From a bacterium (GTDB lineage: Bacteria; Zhuqueibacterota; QNDG01; JAFGCO01), in NCBI GenBank assembly GCA_016930535.1, contig JAFGGN010000041.1, positions 88,708 through 152,707 of the forward strand: a stretch of DNA of 64,000 nucleotides, written 5' to 3'. Both the position numbers and the translations under genes were made by a program. Positions 10,294 through 20,428 of the stretch are shown here, piece after piece. Below the pieces are notes generated by a model, which did not search any database, was not told the origin of the DNA, and saw only the letters and a program-made list of their open reading frames with translations. Within the stretch, counting starts at the first letter, position 1. Each line of letters starts with the position of its first letter.

Positions 10294-10821
10294 TCATTTG
10301 AAAATTTCAAACGACAGTTTGCCGGCCTGAATATGCTTTTCCGAGTTCATTCCATCAGCTTTCGCCTGCTGAATCCCGTTTGATTTTAAGCCTGACATGC
10401 GTTCCACTTCTTTGATAAGAAATTCCATGACATCTGTTTTCATCAAATACGCGTTCGCGCCGCTGTGAACGGCCTGTTCGATATCTTCAAACGAATCACT
10501 CGCAGTCAACATCAGCACGGGAATATGATGCAATCTTGTATCGAATTTAATCATTCGGCATATTTTCAGTCCCATATGCCTGTCCACAAGCGTGGTCCCC
10601 GTCGATCCGCTCGTTTCAAAACCCGGCATACGTAAATCCAGGATCACAAGGTCCGGCATTTGCTCCTGCACGAGTCGTAATCCTTCAAGCGCTCCGGCTG
10701 TAGCTGACACTTTAAAACCATTGACTTCCAACCTGATTGTCAGCATATTCAGGAAATCAGGATCGTCCTCGATGAGAACGATGCGCTTTGAATTCAATTC
10801 ATTCAATTGCAGCTCCTTCAA
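10294..10821 (-). CDS. Stand-alone receiver with an approximately 15-aa insertion after the phospho-Asp
   Basis: It reads 'RIVLIEDDPDF...LVILDLRMPGFETSGSTGTTLVDRHMGLKICRMIK...VLMLTAS'. There is no output domain. Confidence 0.7.
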   Translation of the reverse strand: MKELQLNELNSKRIVLIEDDPDFLNMLTIRLEVNGFKVSATAGALEGLRLVQEQMPDLVILDLRMPGFETSGSTGTTLVDRHMGLKICRMIKFDTRLHHIPVLMLTASDSFEDIEQAVHSGANAYLMKTDVMEFLIKEVERMSGLKSNGIQQAKADGMNSEKHIQAGKLSFEIFK

Positions 10822-11185
10822 GATTAAGTATTTTCTTTATTATAATTTGAAAACGTTCAGGATCGTAAGGTTTGATCATCAGGTCCGCGACACCAAAATT
10901 ACGCAGTTTTGCTTCCAGAGCCGGATTGATCGTCTGGCCTGTGAGTACAATGACCGGAATGTGCATCAGTCCGTTTATCCCTCTTTGTTCGAGAACTTTT
11001 ATACCGCCACCGCCCGGAACCATCAGATCCAGAATCAACAGGCTATATCGATTCGTTAAAAATGCACGGATTCCCTGCAGGGTATGATTTTCAATATCAC
11101 ATTGCCAGCCGTCGAGACTCAGCCGCAGTTGGACCATCTCAGCAAATTCTTTTTCGTCTTCTATGATGAGAATTTTACCCTGCAT
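10799..11185 (-). CDS. Stand-alone CheY-like receiver of the PxGGG variant
   Basis: It reads 'KILIIEDEKEF...LLILDLMVPGGGGIKVLE...VIVLTGQ'. It overlaps the downstream gene by 23 nt. Confidence 0.75.
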   Translation of the reverse strand: MQGKILIIEDEKEFAEMVQLRLSLDGWQCDIENHTLQGIRAFLTNRYSLLILDLMVPGGGGIKVLEQRGINGLMHIPVIVLTGQTINPALEAKLRNFGVADLMIKPYDPERFQIIIKKILNLEGAAIE

Positions 11186-11205
11186 GAGCCACTTCCTTTT
11201 TTGGA

Positions 11206-12801
11206 TCAGGCAGCGATCGCCTGCCGGACCGTTCTTCTAAGTTCATCGATTTTGAAAGGTTTCTGAATCACCGGGATTTCCTGTTGTACCTGTGTCTGTT
11301 CCAGCTTTTCCTGACTGACCGGATGTCCTGATACGATCACCAGAGGGATCTGCGTGGTTCTGCTGTCCTGTTTCAGCCGTCCTATCAGTTCATACCCGTT
11401 CATTTTTCCGAGGTGCATATCCAGTAAAATAAGTGAGGGCCTGGTTTCGACGGCCAATCGCAATGCAGTCATCCCGTCTTCGGCTTCGACGGTTTCAAAA
11501 TGATCTTTCTTCAGAATCGCCCGGATGGTTTGAAGTATTTCTTTTTCATCATCCACGATCATGACTTTGGGGAAAGGCAGTTTTGGGATTGTAAAAAAGA
11601 ATACGGCCCCTTTCCCCAGTTCCGATCTCACTCCGATTCGTCCGTCATGTTTCTCGACCAGCCCTTTGCAGATAGAGAGGCCCAAACCCGTCCCCTTGTA
11701 ACCGGACACATTCAGCCGTTCCACTTGTTCAAATTTCGAGAACAGCCGTTTTTGATCTATTTCACTGATCCCGATTCCTGTATCACGCACACTGAATTCG
11801 ATATACGTATCATGATTCCTGGCATGAATATGAATCGATCCTCCGGCGTTTGTGAAACGAAAAGCGTTGTTCAATAAATTGTTGAGAACCTGAATAATTT
11901 TATTTTCATCTGCATACAGGGGGACAACAGGCGCATTGGATTCCCACGTAAGCCGGATTTGCTTTTTTCTTGCCTGCGGATTATACGAAGAATATATATT
12001 CTCAAGCATGGGAACGACATCGAATACATACCTGTGCAGTTTCATCTTTCCAGCCTCGATTTTAGACAAATCGAGCAGGTCGGTTACAAGAGTGTTCAAT
12101 CGTTCGATATTGGCCATGGTATCAGTCAGCAATTTTCTCTGTACATCGTTCAATGTGCCGACACGATTATCCATGCATAGGGAAACACCTTCTTTCATTA
12201 CTGCTATGGGTGTTCGTAGCTCATGAGAAACCGTATTGAGGAAATCACTTTTCAGTTGATCCAGTTCTGTCAGTTTTTTATTGGATACCCTCAAGGCATT
12301 TTCCACTTCTTCATGACGATTGAAAATGATTTGAGCATAACTGCTGAACAAAAGCAGCATGCAGACAGGCAGAAAACGAATCCAGAAATCGAATACAGAC
12401 AATTGGACCATCTGATCCCAGAAGGACGGTTTCTCATAAACAAACACATCCCTGAATGCCTCGAGTATCCAGTATCCTGCTGAAAAAGCGATTCCCATCA
12501 TCAGAATGCGGACATTTTTAAACGATTTTCTTGTTGATTTTCCTCCGTCCTGTAATTTGAACCGGAATGATTGCGCATACGTCCCGAATAACATAATGAT
12601 AAAAACGACCAGCATACGCATCCAGAAGACTTTGACATCTGTGATGAATATACGGCCGATCAGTGATTCACTCTCATCAAGCACGGTGTCACGGACTGCT
12701 TCGATTATCCAGTAAATGAACGCGAATGTCACACTGATCCAGATCAGATTAATCGAACGCATTCTTGATGATTTTGTTTTTCCAGCTGGCATCATGACCA
12801 C
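11206..12801 (-). CDS. Hybrid histidine kinase: duplicated 2-TM sensor module, HisKA, HATPase, C-terminal REC
   Basis: HisKA reads 'VSHELRTPIAV'. The G-boxes read 'RDTGIGIS' and 'GTGLGLSICK'. The REC reads 'VMIVDDEKEIL...LILLDMHLGKMNGYE'. The N-terminus carries two similar 'YWIxEAxRD...YAQ' membrane modules. Confidence 0.85.
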   Translation of the reverse strand: MVMMPAGKTKSSRMRSINLIWISVTFAFIYWIIEAVRDTVLDESESLIGRIFITDVKVFWMRMLVVFIIMLFGTYAQSFRFKLQDGGKSTRKSFKNVRILMMGIAFSAGYWILEAFRDVFVYEKPSFWDQMVQLSVFDFWIRFLPVCMLLLFSSYAQIIFNRHEEVENALRVSNKKLTELDQLKSDFLNTVSHELRTPIAVMKEGVSLCMDNRVGTLNDVQRKLLTDTMANIERLNTLVTDLLDLSKIEAGKMKLHRYVFDVVPMLENIYSSYNPQARKKQIRLTWESNAPVVPLYADENKIIQVLNNLLNNAFRFTNAGGSIHIHARNHDTYIEFSVRDTGIGISEIDQKRLFSKFEQVERLNVSGYKGTGLGLSICKGLVEKHDGRIGVRSELGKGAVFFFTIPKLPFPKVMIVDDEKEILQTIRAILKKDHFETVEAEDGMTALRLAVETRPSLILLDMHLGKMNGYELIGRLKQDSRTTQIPLVIVSGHPVSQEKLEQTQVQQEIPVIQKPFKIDELRRTVRQAIAA

Positions 12802-13146
12802 CTGTCATTTATATTATCTCTGGTATAGATTTGGATCAAAGAAAATGCCAGACATAACCAATTTACATATATTATTAATATTAATATATTTACATGTGTT
12901 TGAAAATTCATTAAATTTCTCAAAATCGTAAAAACTGATCTCAATATTATTAATCATGAAACAGACGGGAAAGGCATTACAGTGATCACGGGGGGGGATT
13001 GAATCAGGATTCGATTATGCATGCGCGACCGGTTGAAACATTGGCAGCATGCGGCAGATATTACTCAAACCATTATTTTGAAGTGGTGTTTAGAAGAGAA
13101 CGAATCGAAGATGCGGACAGTTATGTCTCAGGGATCGAAACGGAAT

Positions 13147-14487
13147 CTACGAGGTTTCATTTTCCCAAATCGGCGGATACTTTATCTTCCGGCCGAGTTC
13201 CAACATCAGCGTATTGACTTCTTTTTTCATTTCAATAACCTTTATCTCACGGTCAATCATGGATTTATTGAATAGTTCCAGTTCTTTTGTCCGGGATCTC
13301 AATGCCTCGTCAATACGTTTCCGGTCCGTGATGTCTTCTGCAATCGCCACATAATTACTGATTTTACCGGATTTATCCCGGATTGGTGATATGGTCGTAT
13401 GCAGCCAGACAATTGTATTCCGTTTCTTTATGATACAAAGATCCCCGCTCCATTCAAAGCCCATCTTGATCGATGTCCATTTTTCCCCCAACAGGGCCCG
13501 GGATAACTCATCATACTTCAGGATCAATGGACTGTTCCCCAGAATGGAACCTGCGTTATATCCGGTAACTTCAAAAAAATTCGGATTCGCATATTCTATA
13601 TGTCCATCATGATCCATGATATAAACGAGCACGGGACTCTGATCGATGACCTGCGAGAAAAGTTGAAGGGAGAGGTTTGCCTTTTTAATTTCCTCGGTAC
13701 GCTTCTGAACCTGTTCTTCGAGCCTGTTTTTCATCGATTCAAGTTTATTACTGGTTTTAATACGTTCCGTAATATCGCGGACGACACCCTGGATAATTGG
13801 CTTTTCTTCCTTAATCAAGGCTGCACTGATTTCCACATCGATTATGGTTCCATCCCTGCATTTGAATTTCGATTCGAACCGTGCCGCACCGGATTTCTTG
13901 ACTGCAGCCAAGGTGCGGTGAGATTTCTCGATCTCTGTTTCAGTGTGCAACTGATGTACTTTCATGACAAGCAGTTCTTCCTTACCGTACTGCAGCATCT
14001 CACATGCACGCATATTGATATCAATTATATCGCCCTGGAGAGTACAAATGAATATGGCATCGTTGGAAAACTCGAATAGTCTGCGATATTTGTTCATCGC
14101 GATTTTTAATTTCTTGTTGTACTCATGCTTGATTAAAGCGGTTTCAATTGCAATTCTCAGTTCATTGTCCTGAACCGGTTTCATAATAAACCCGTAAGGC
14201 TGGGTCTTAAGAGCCCGGTTGAATGTAATGTTATCGGAAAATGCTGAAAGATAAACGATCGGGACATCCATCAGATTCAGAATAATCGCAGCTGTTTCAA
14301 CACCATCTTTGTTTCCTATCAGGTGGATATCCATAAGAATCAGATGGGGTATCTGCTTCTGAACCAGGGCAAGGGCTTCATCCCCGCTTTGGGCAATCCC
14401 AATGACATCGTACCCCAGTATTTCAAGGCGTTCCTTGATATCCCTGGCGAAAATTGTTTCATCCTCGACAATGAGTATGCGAATCAT
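13147..14487 (-). CDS. Receiver fused to two PAS domains, with no enzymatic or DNA-binding output
   Basis: The REC reads 'ILIVEDETIFA...LILMDIHLIGNKDG...VYLSAFSD'. Two PAS/PAC blocks follow, then a C-terminal coiled coil. Confidence 0.75.
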   Translation of the reverse strand: MIRILIVEDETIFARDIKERLEILGYDVIGIAQSGDEALALVQKQIPHLILMDIHLIGNKDGVETAAIILNLMDVPIVYLSAFSDNITFNRALKTQPYGFIMKPVQDNELRIAIETALIKHEYNKKLKIAMNKYRRLFEFSNDAIFICTLQGDIIDINMRACEMLQYGKEELLVMKVHQLHTETEIEKSHRTLAAVKKSGAARFESKFKCRDGTIIDVEISAALIKEEKPIIQGVVRDITERIKTSNKLESMKNRLEEQVQKRTEEIKKANLSLQLFSQVIDQSPVLVYIMDHDGHIEYANPNFFEVTGYNAGSILGNSPLILKYDELSRALLGEKWTSIKMGFEWSGDLCIIKKRNTIVWLHTTISPIRDKSGKISNYVAIAEDITDRKRIDEALRSRTKELELFNKSMIDREIKVIEMKKEVNTLMLELGRKIKYPPIWENETS

Positions 14488-14594
14488 CGTCTCCTCCGGA
14501 TCAATTCTAAAATGGATGATGATTTTATCTGCATGTCAACCGTCATGAAAATGCGAGAATTGAACAGAAAATGATATAGCCTCTGATGTAGTCT

Positions 14595-15821
14595 TCATGC
14601 ACTGCCGGGAATGCTGACTGTAAAAACAGTTCCCGTCCCCTCGCCGCTATCCACAACGATGCTGCCGTGATAGCGGTCTATTGTTTCCCTGCACATCCAG
14701 AGTCCTAAACCGGTTCCGGTGGGCATATCCGGACTTGCCTCGGGATCATTTCCCGCCGCCTTGGTTGTAAAAAAAGGATCGAATATGCGATCCCTGATAG
14801 CTTCGGAGATGCCGGGTCCGTTGTCCTGAACGCTGAAAAAAACCAAATTATGCTCATTCCAGGTCCGGACGGTTAGCAGGCCGTTTTGCCTTCCTTGCAG
14901 TGCATGCAGTGCATTGTTTATAATATTATGAAACACCTGCGTAATCTCACCCGGGTTGACATCGATCGGTAATTGTTTTTCGGCCAGTTCGATCTGTTTA
15001 TCAACCTGATGTTTGTATCTCATGTCCGATTCGAGAAAATTGAGTTCCAGGCGAATCAGCCCGTTTAAATCGACCCGTTTCCATCGTTCTGCTTTATCGA
15101 TCCTGCCGCGGTTCAACAGGGTTTGAATGATCTGGCTCAGCTGTTCGGCTGCATGGCCAATGACCTCACACGACTTCTGCACATCATCGATAAATGTACT
15201 GACGGTATCGGGATTACAACTGGATGTATCCGAAATCTTCAGAAAATCCTGAATATACAACTGTATCAGCTCCTGACTGTTCATAATACCGCTGATTGGA
15301 TTCGAAAGATTATGAACGATGCCCTGAACCATTTGTCCGAATACTGCCTGCCTTTCGGATTGTATCAGCTCCTTCGTGCGTATTTCGAGCATGCTCTCAA
15401 GCTTATGATTATACTGATATATCGTCTTGCGCGCCTGCTGCAGCTCCATGTGTGTTTTGACCCGGGCAATCACTTCTTCCGGCTCGAACGGTTTCGTAAT
15501 ATAATCCACACCGCCTTCGTTAAAACCCCGGATTTTGTCTTCCATATTTGTTTTCGATGTGATAAAAATGACGGGGATCGTGCAATTCTCCGGCGTCTCC
15601 TTTATTTTTCTGCACACGTCAAAACCGTTGATATCGGGCAGTATGATATCCAATAAGATAAGATCCGGTGTCGGTTCTTTCAACATCAACGCAACGCCGC
15701 TCACGCCCGTTTTCACCGCCTTGATGACGTAAAAATCCTTGAATAACGACCTGATAATTTCAATATCTTCAGGAGAATCGTCTATGATCAGCAATGTATT
15801 TTTTGTTTGCATGAAATACAC
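14595..15821 (-). CDS. REC-gated histidine kinase (REC, HisKA, HATPase)
   Basis: The REC reads 'LLIIDDSPEDIE...LILLDIILPDINGFD...DYITKPF'. The H-box reads 'GIVHNLSNPI'. The G-boxes read 'QDNGPGIS' and 'GTGLGLWMC'. Confidence 0.8.
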   Translation of the reverse strand: MYFMQTKNTLLIIDDSPEDIEIIRSLFKDFYVIKAVKTGVSGVALMLKEPTPDLILLDIILPDINGFDVCRKIKETPENCTIPVIFITSKTNMEDKIRGFNEGGVDYITKPFEPEEVIARVKTHMELQQARKTIYQYNHKLESMLEIRTKELIQSERQAVFGQMVQGIVHNLSNPISGIMNSQELIQLYIQDFLKISDTSSCNPDTVSTFIDDVQKSCEVIGHAAEQLSQIIQTLLNRGRIDKAERWKRVDLNGLIRLELNFLESDMRYKHQVDKQIELAEKQLPIDVNPGEITQVFHNIINNALHALQGRQNGLLTVRTWNEHNLVFFSVQDNGPGISEAIRDRIFDPFFTTKAAGNDPEASPDMPTGTGLGLWMCRETIDRYHGSIVVDSGEGTGTVFTVSIPGSA

Positions 15822-16160
15822 CGTATTAATACCAGCCGAGCACCCGCTTCAGCCATTATATTTCAAAACCGGTCCTGACCGATTTCATTATATATACAAA
15901 TTATACAAAAAACAACCTGTTTTTGGATCCCCTTGTTCGGTGTATATCCGGCAATGTGGGGTACTGCGCCGCTTCAATCCGGATTCAATCCGTCTTATGC
16001 CCGGTAGCATAACCGGGATCATTTGATTCAAAACTTCAACTTCATTCACAGTTTTTATGATCGATTCAGCAATGACTGCATTGTGAATTAAAATTCCATT
16101 CATTCGGCCAGCATTGCACCATTGTCCGTTTGTGTTCCCAGACTGTCACGCAGCAATCCG

Positions 16161-17516
16161 TTAAAACCTGGGATCCGGCACCCTGAACTGCGCCTTTGCG
16201 CTTCTTTCGAGCTGCTCCTTTTTCTTGTTTTTCAGATACAGTGTCTGCCGTAATCCCCGGTCACGCAGTGTATCCGATGCCACTGTCGCGGCCGTGCCGT
16301 GATAAATGCGTCTGCCGAAACGCCGGATCACGTTCCAGTCGATTTCCACACCCAGACCCGGACCGTCCGGAATTTGAATGCGTCCTTCCGGATCCCGGTC
16401 AAATCCGCCTCTGATAAAACGGGCCCAGACGCCGGGATTCCAATGCCCCTCCACAGGATATTCCAGAAGACCGCGTTCTTCGGGCGGCAGCACACCCACG
16501 AGCTGCAGGGCCAGGGCGAAACCCAGTCCCGTGGTCCAGGTATGCGGACTGTATTTTATACCCTTTGCGGATTTCTTTTTCTGCTGATTATATCGCCGGA
16601 TCTCCCGGATCAGCCAGGTCACTACCGAAACACCGCCGGCATACGTTCCACCCGCCAGTACCGCATCCGGCTGATACACATCCAGGCTTCCCAGCCCCAG
16701 CATGGTCTTGAAATCGCACCAGGTCGAATTCATCTCCCCGCCGGCGATGGGCGTATTCGTGTTTTTTCTGAGCTCCGCCAGGCCTTCAAAATCGCCCCGG
16801 TTTAAAGGTTCCTCCAGCCATTTGATGTCGAATGTCTCGATACTGCGGGCAAATTTCATGGCAAACTCGAGATTCCATTTCGGTGTTTCGTCCAGCAGGT
16901 CCACGGGCCATCCCTGATTGGCATCGACCATCAGATCGGTTTCCCTGCCGAGGGCGTCACGCGCAGCTCCGACAAAATCCGTCATCAAAGCCAGTGTCGT
17001 ACCCTTGACCCTCAGCTTCATTCCTCTGTAGCCCGCGTCCTGCACCTGTTTGCAGATATCACGGATCTTTTCCGGATCATGACCATGTGTGGCCCCGGTG
17101 GACAGGTACGGATAAACGGATCCCCCGGTTCCACCCAGGATTTTCCACAGCGGCGCTCCTTTTATCTTGCCGATAATATCCCAGAAAGCCGCATCGATCC
17201 AGCCGTTCCGCATGCCGATATACGAAAATTCCTGAATGCGCTGATTGACGAGCTCGATATCCATGGGATTGATGCCCATGATATAGTTGCCCATAAGCGG
17301 TCCGAGTCCCATACGCTCCGATCCCATCGCAGGCATGGCCGCGACGCCGTCGACTCCCTTGTCCGTTCCGAGCCTGAGCAGATAAAACCGCATTTCCGAC
17401 TGCCTGAATCCGGGTATCCAGCTCGGAAGAAAGTACCTGGGATTTCCGAAAAAACCCGGTGCATTTTTCTCGAGCGGGATCTTGACAAAATACAGGTCGA
17501 TCCTGTTGATTTTCAT
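16161..17516 (-). CDS. Enolase-superfamily (mandelate racemase/muconate lactonizing) dehydratase-like protein, with an internal insertion and a C-terminal extension
   Basis: It reads 'DANQGW', 'KWLEEP' and 'IAGGE'. These match the general-base and metal-ligand positions of the MR/MLE family. Confidence 0.6.
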   Translation of the reverse strand: MKINRIDLYFVKIPLEKNAPGFFGNPRYFLPSWIPGFRQSEMRFYLLRLGTDKGVDGVAAMPAMGSERMGLGPLMGNYIMGINPMDIELVNQRIQEFSYIGMRNGWIDAAFWDIIGKIKGAPLWKILGGTGGSVYPYLSTGATHGHDPEKIRDICKQVQDAGYRGMKLRVKGTTLALMTDFVGAARDALGRETDLMVDANQGWPVDLLDETPKWNLEFAMKFARSIETFDIKWLEEPLNRGDFEGLAELRKNTNTPIAGGEMNSTWCDFKTMLGLGSLDVYQPDAVLAGGTYAGGVSVVTWLIREIRRYNQQKKKSAKGIKYSPHTWTTGLGFALALQLVGVLPPEERGLLEYPVEGHWNPGVWARFIRGGFDRDPEGRIQIPDGPGLGVEIDWNVIRRFGRRIYHGTAATVASDTLRDRGLRQTLYLKNKKKEQLERSAKAQFRVPDPRF

Positions 17517-17875
17517 GGCATTCTCATCCCTTCTTATCTGTATATAAAACAGGATGAATCCAGGTCAGTCGTAATTTTACTGATCCTGACTCTATCCTGG
17601 ATGAATATATGTATCGATTTGAATTTCGGGGCAATTATTTGGAAATTACATGTTACACGGATAAAAGGCAAGCGAAAATTCTTCCTAAAATAATACAAGC
17701 TTATTATACAGGTATTTCTTATAAATTGCCAATTTTTCTTGATAATTCCTGAAATATTATTTACATTTATATTATTACAGCATAATGAACATGTCTGCAG
17801 ATTCTACATTAAAACATTAAAACGGTTCTCACGAAGTCTCTCTTCCGATCGATTCAATTAGTGAGGGATCCTGAA

Positions 17876-19855
17876 ATGAAGAAATCCCGATTGAGCCGTT
17901 TTTTTATGATCCTGATCGTATTTACTCAAACCCTCTATACATTGTACGCCCAGAAACAGAATATGGACGAACTCCTGGATCTAAGTCTCGAAGAACTTGC
18001 AAACGTACATATAATTACCACTTTTAAAATACCTCAAAAAATAAAAGAAGTACCGGCCGTCATAAGAGTCATCACAGATGAACAGATCAGGAACAACGGT
18101 TATCTGACTCTGGAGGAGGCCCTTTCCACCCTGCCGGGCATGCAATTCCGGAACATCAACAGTTTTAACAGTTACGTGTTCATGCGCGGAGCGCCCAGCC
18201 AGAACAATCTTATTTTGGTCCTGATCGACGGCATACAAATAAACGAGCTGAATTCGGGAGGTTTTTATGGAGGGGCTCAGTATAATTTATCCAATGTTGA
18301 ACGCATCGAGATTGTCTATGGTCCTGCATCCGCCTTATATGGCACCAATGCCATTTCCGGAATCATTAATATTATCACAAAGAAACCCGAAAAATATTCC
18401 GGACTCGATCTTAATGCTCTCGCCGGGACGTTTAATACAATGCATATAAATATGGGCTATGGATACTGGAACAGCAGCAAAAAAATGGGATTTCGTATTT
18501 CAGGTTCTGCCAAGACCAGTGAAAAGGCCGATCTGAAAGAGAAGGCCGGAGACAACAACTGGACCGCTTCTTTGGAGAATTTTGAAGACGATTATTCAGT
18601 CGATGCAAATGTGAAATGGTATAAATTCTGTTTTGAATTGAATTATCTTGAAAAACGGAGTTCAGCGGCCACATACAATAAATCTGTAGGTACTGATTAT
18701 CGTGATACCGGCACATTCTGGGATATCAGATTCTTCAACACCGCTCTGAAGCACGATACTGATTTAGGCCCAAAAACGGTGATGTCATCCCAAATCTATT
18801 ACCGCAATACATCGGTACTGGACAATTCTGTTCTGGTCGTCACCGACACGGCACAAATCGGTTATTACCGCCCCAACAGTCTTTTCGGATTTGAAAGCAT
18901 GATTCATTATTCTACACCAAAACGTTTTGACCTGATCACCGGAATATTATATGAAAACGAAAACCTCGCCCGGAAATACTCAAATACTTACAGCACTGGA
19001 CCGGATATTAGACCCCGAAAGCCCGATGAACCGCCTATGGAATACAATACACTGTTGAGTATCTACGGACAGACCAAACTGTTTTTAACACCACCGGTCG
19101 AACTCTACGCCGGGGCACGGTTCGATAACAGCAGTGCCTATCATCGCGTGTTCACACCCCGTCTGGGACTGGTATACAATAAAAACAGCTTGACTGCAAA
19201 ATTGATTTATATGGAAGCATTCCGTGCCCCAAAACCTTGGGATTATGCGAACGGACTGGGAAATCCCCTTCTAAAATCCGAGCGCATCCGTTCGTATGAG
19301 TTGTATGCTAGCCGTGTGCTGATGCCCGATCTCGTGTTGAATTTCTCAATATATTCGAACCGTCTAAGCAATCTTTTGGTTAAGGAATCCTATGCAGATG
19401 AATCGTGGCGCTGGATTAATCACGGTCAACTAAACACCAATGGGTATGAAATTTGCGTGGAATACAGAAAACGGAAAATCCGGTCTTCAGCCAACTATAC
19501 ATGGAACAATTCGACCGACGAAAACAACAGGACAATTCCCGAAATCAGCAGACATTGTTCGAACCTGATTCTGCAGTATTCTTTATCAGGTAAATTCCAT
19601 TTCAGTATCGGTTGTCATTATATAGGAAGAAGAAAAAATACCCGTACTATTTCGACGACCGGCAGTAATTTTGTGGATGCCGCATTCATCGTCCACTCGG
19701 CATTGACTTATGTTTTATCTTCGAATTGGGAAATGCAACTGGCTGTCAAGAATCTGAAGAATGCCGAATACTATCATACATCGAATCTGTCTCCGGATCG
19801 ATATCGTCAGCCGCAAAGAACCGTCATTTTTAAAGCGGGATATCATCTGAAATAA
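17876..19855 (+). CDS. TonB-dependent outer-membrane receptor
   Basis: A GAGGGA ribosome-binding site sits 7 nt before ATG 17876. A signal peptide is present. The plug domain reads 'VIRVITDEQIRNNGYLTLEEALSTLPGMQF...IEIVYGPASALYGTNAISGIINIITK'. A beta-barrel follows. Confidence 0.85.
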   Translation: MKKSRLSRFFMILIVFTQTLYTLYAQKQNMDELLDLSLEELANVHIITTFKIPQKIKEVPAVIRVITDEQIRNNGYLTLEEALSTLPGMQFRNINSFNSYVFMRGAPSQNNLILVLIDGIQINELNSGGFYGGAQYNLSNVERIEIVYGPASALYGTNAISGIINIITKKPEKYSGLDLNALAGTFNTMHINMGYGYWNSSKKMGFRISGSAKTSEKADLKEKAGDNNWTASLENFEDDYSVDANVKWYKFCFELNYLEKRSSAATYNKSVGTDYRDTGTFWDIRFFNTALKHDTDLGPKTVMSSQIYYRNTSVLDNSVLVVTDTAQIGYYRPNSLFGFESMIHYSTPKRFDLITGILYENENLARKYSNTYSTGPDIRPRKPDEPPMEYNTLLSIYGQTKLFLTPPVELYAGARFDNSSAYHRVFTPRLGLVYNKNSLTAKLIYMEAFRAPKPWDYANGLGNPLLKSERIRSYELYASRVLMPDLVLNFSIYSNRLSNLLVKESYADESWRWINHGQLNTNGYEICVEYRKRKIRSSANYTWNNSTDENNRTIPEISRHCSNLILQYSLSGKFHFSIGCHYIGRRKNTRTISTTGSNFVDAAFIVHSALTYVLSSNWEMQLAVKNLKNAEYYHTSNLSPDRYRQPQRTVIFKAGYHLK

Positions 19856-19882
19856 TTCACAATCCAAACACAAAATTTATAA

Positions 19883-20416
19883 ATGACAAAAAAAATACTC
19901 GTCTCGTTTTACCTTCTATTTTCTCCGTGTGTCTGTGAACCGAACATGACAAATCTGGATGCAGAATACGGCTACGAAGTAAAAGCCGTATTCATATACA
20001 ATTTCACTAAATACATAAACTGGATCGACGATGATCGGTCGCCGTATTTCGACATCGCCGTTATAGGAGAGAGTCCGATTACTGAACCACTGAAACAGAT
20101 TGCTCAAAAACGTCTAGTCTGTCAGAAAAAGATTAAAATCAGTCAACTTGAAAATGCAGATCAAATCGACTATTGTCATATTATATTTATACCGGAATCT
20201 GAAAAATCCCATCTGAAATATATTGTGAGTCGGGTTCAAAATAAAAATATACTAATCGTATGCGAAATAAAAAACTCGCTTGAGAGCGGCGCCATGATCA
20301 ATTTTGTACCTGCTCAGGATAAAATAAAATTTGAAATCAATCTGCTGGCAATGAATAAATCGAGTTTCAATCCGGGATCCGAATTGCTGAAGCTGGCCGT
20401 GCGGCTGATTGATTAG
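19883..20416 (+). CDS. YfiR-like DUF4154 periplasmic protein
   Basis: It reads 'KAVFIYNFTKYINW', the YfiR/DUF4154 signature. A signal peptide is present. It sits between the TonB receptor and the kinase. Confidence 0.7.
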   Translation: MTKKILVSFYLLFSPCVCEPNMTNLDAEYGYEVKAVFIYNFTKYINWIDDDRSPYFDIAVIGESPITEPLKQIAQKRLVCQKKIKISQLENADQIDYCHIIFIPESEKSHLKYIVSRVQNKNILIVCEIKNSLESGAMINFVPAQDKIKFEINLLAMNKSSFNPGSELLKLAVRLID

Positions 20417-20428
20417 GAGGATACGGAT

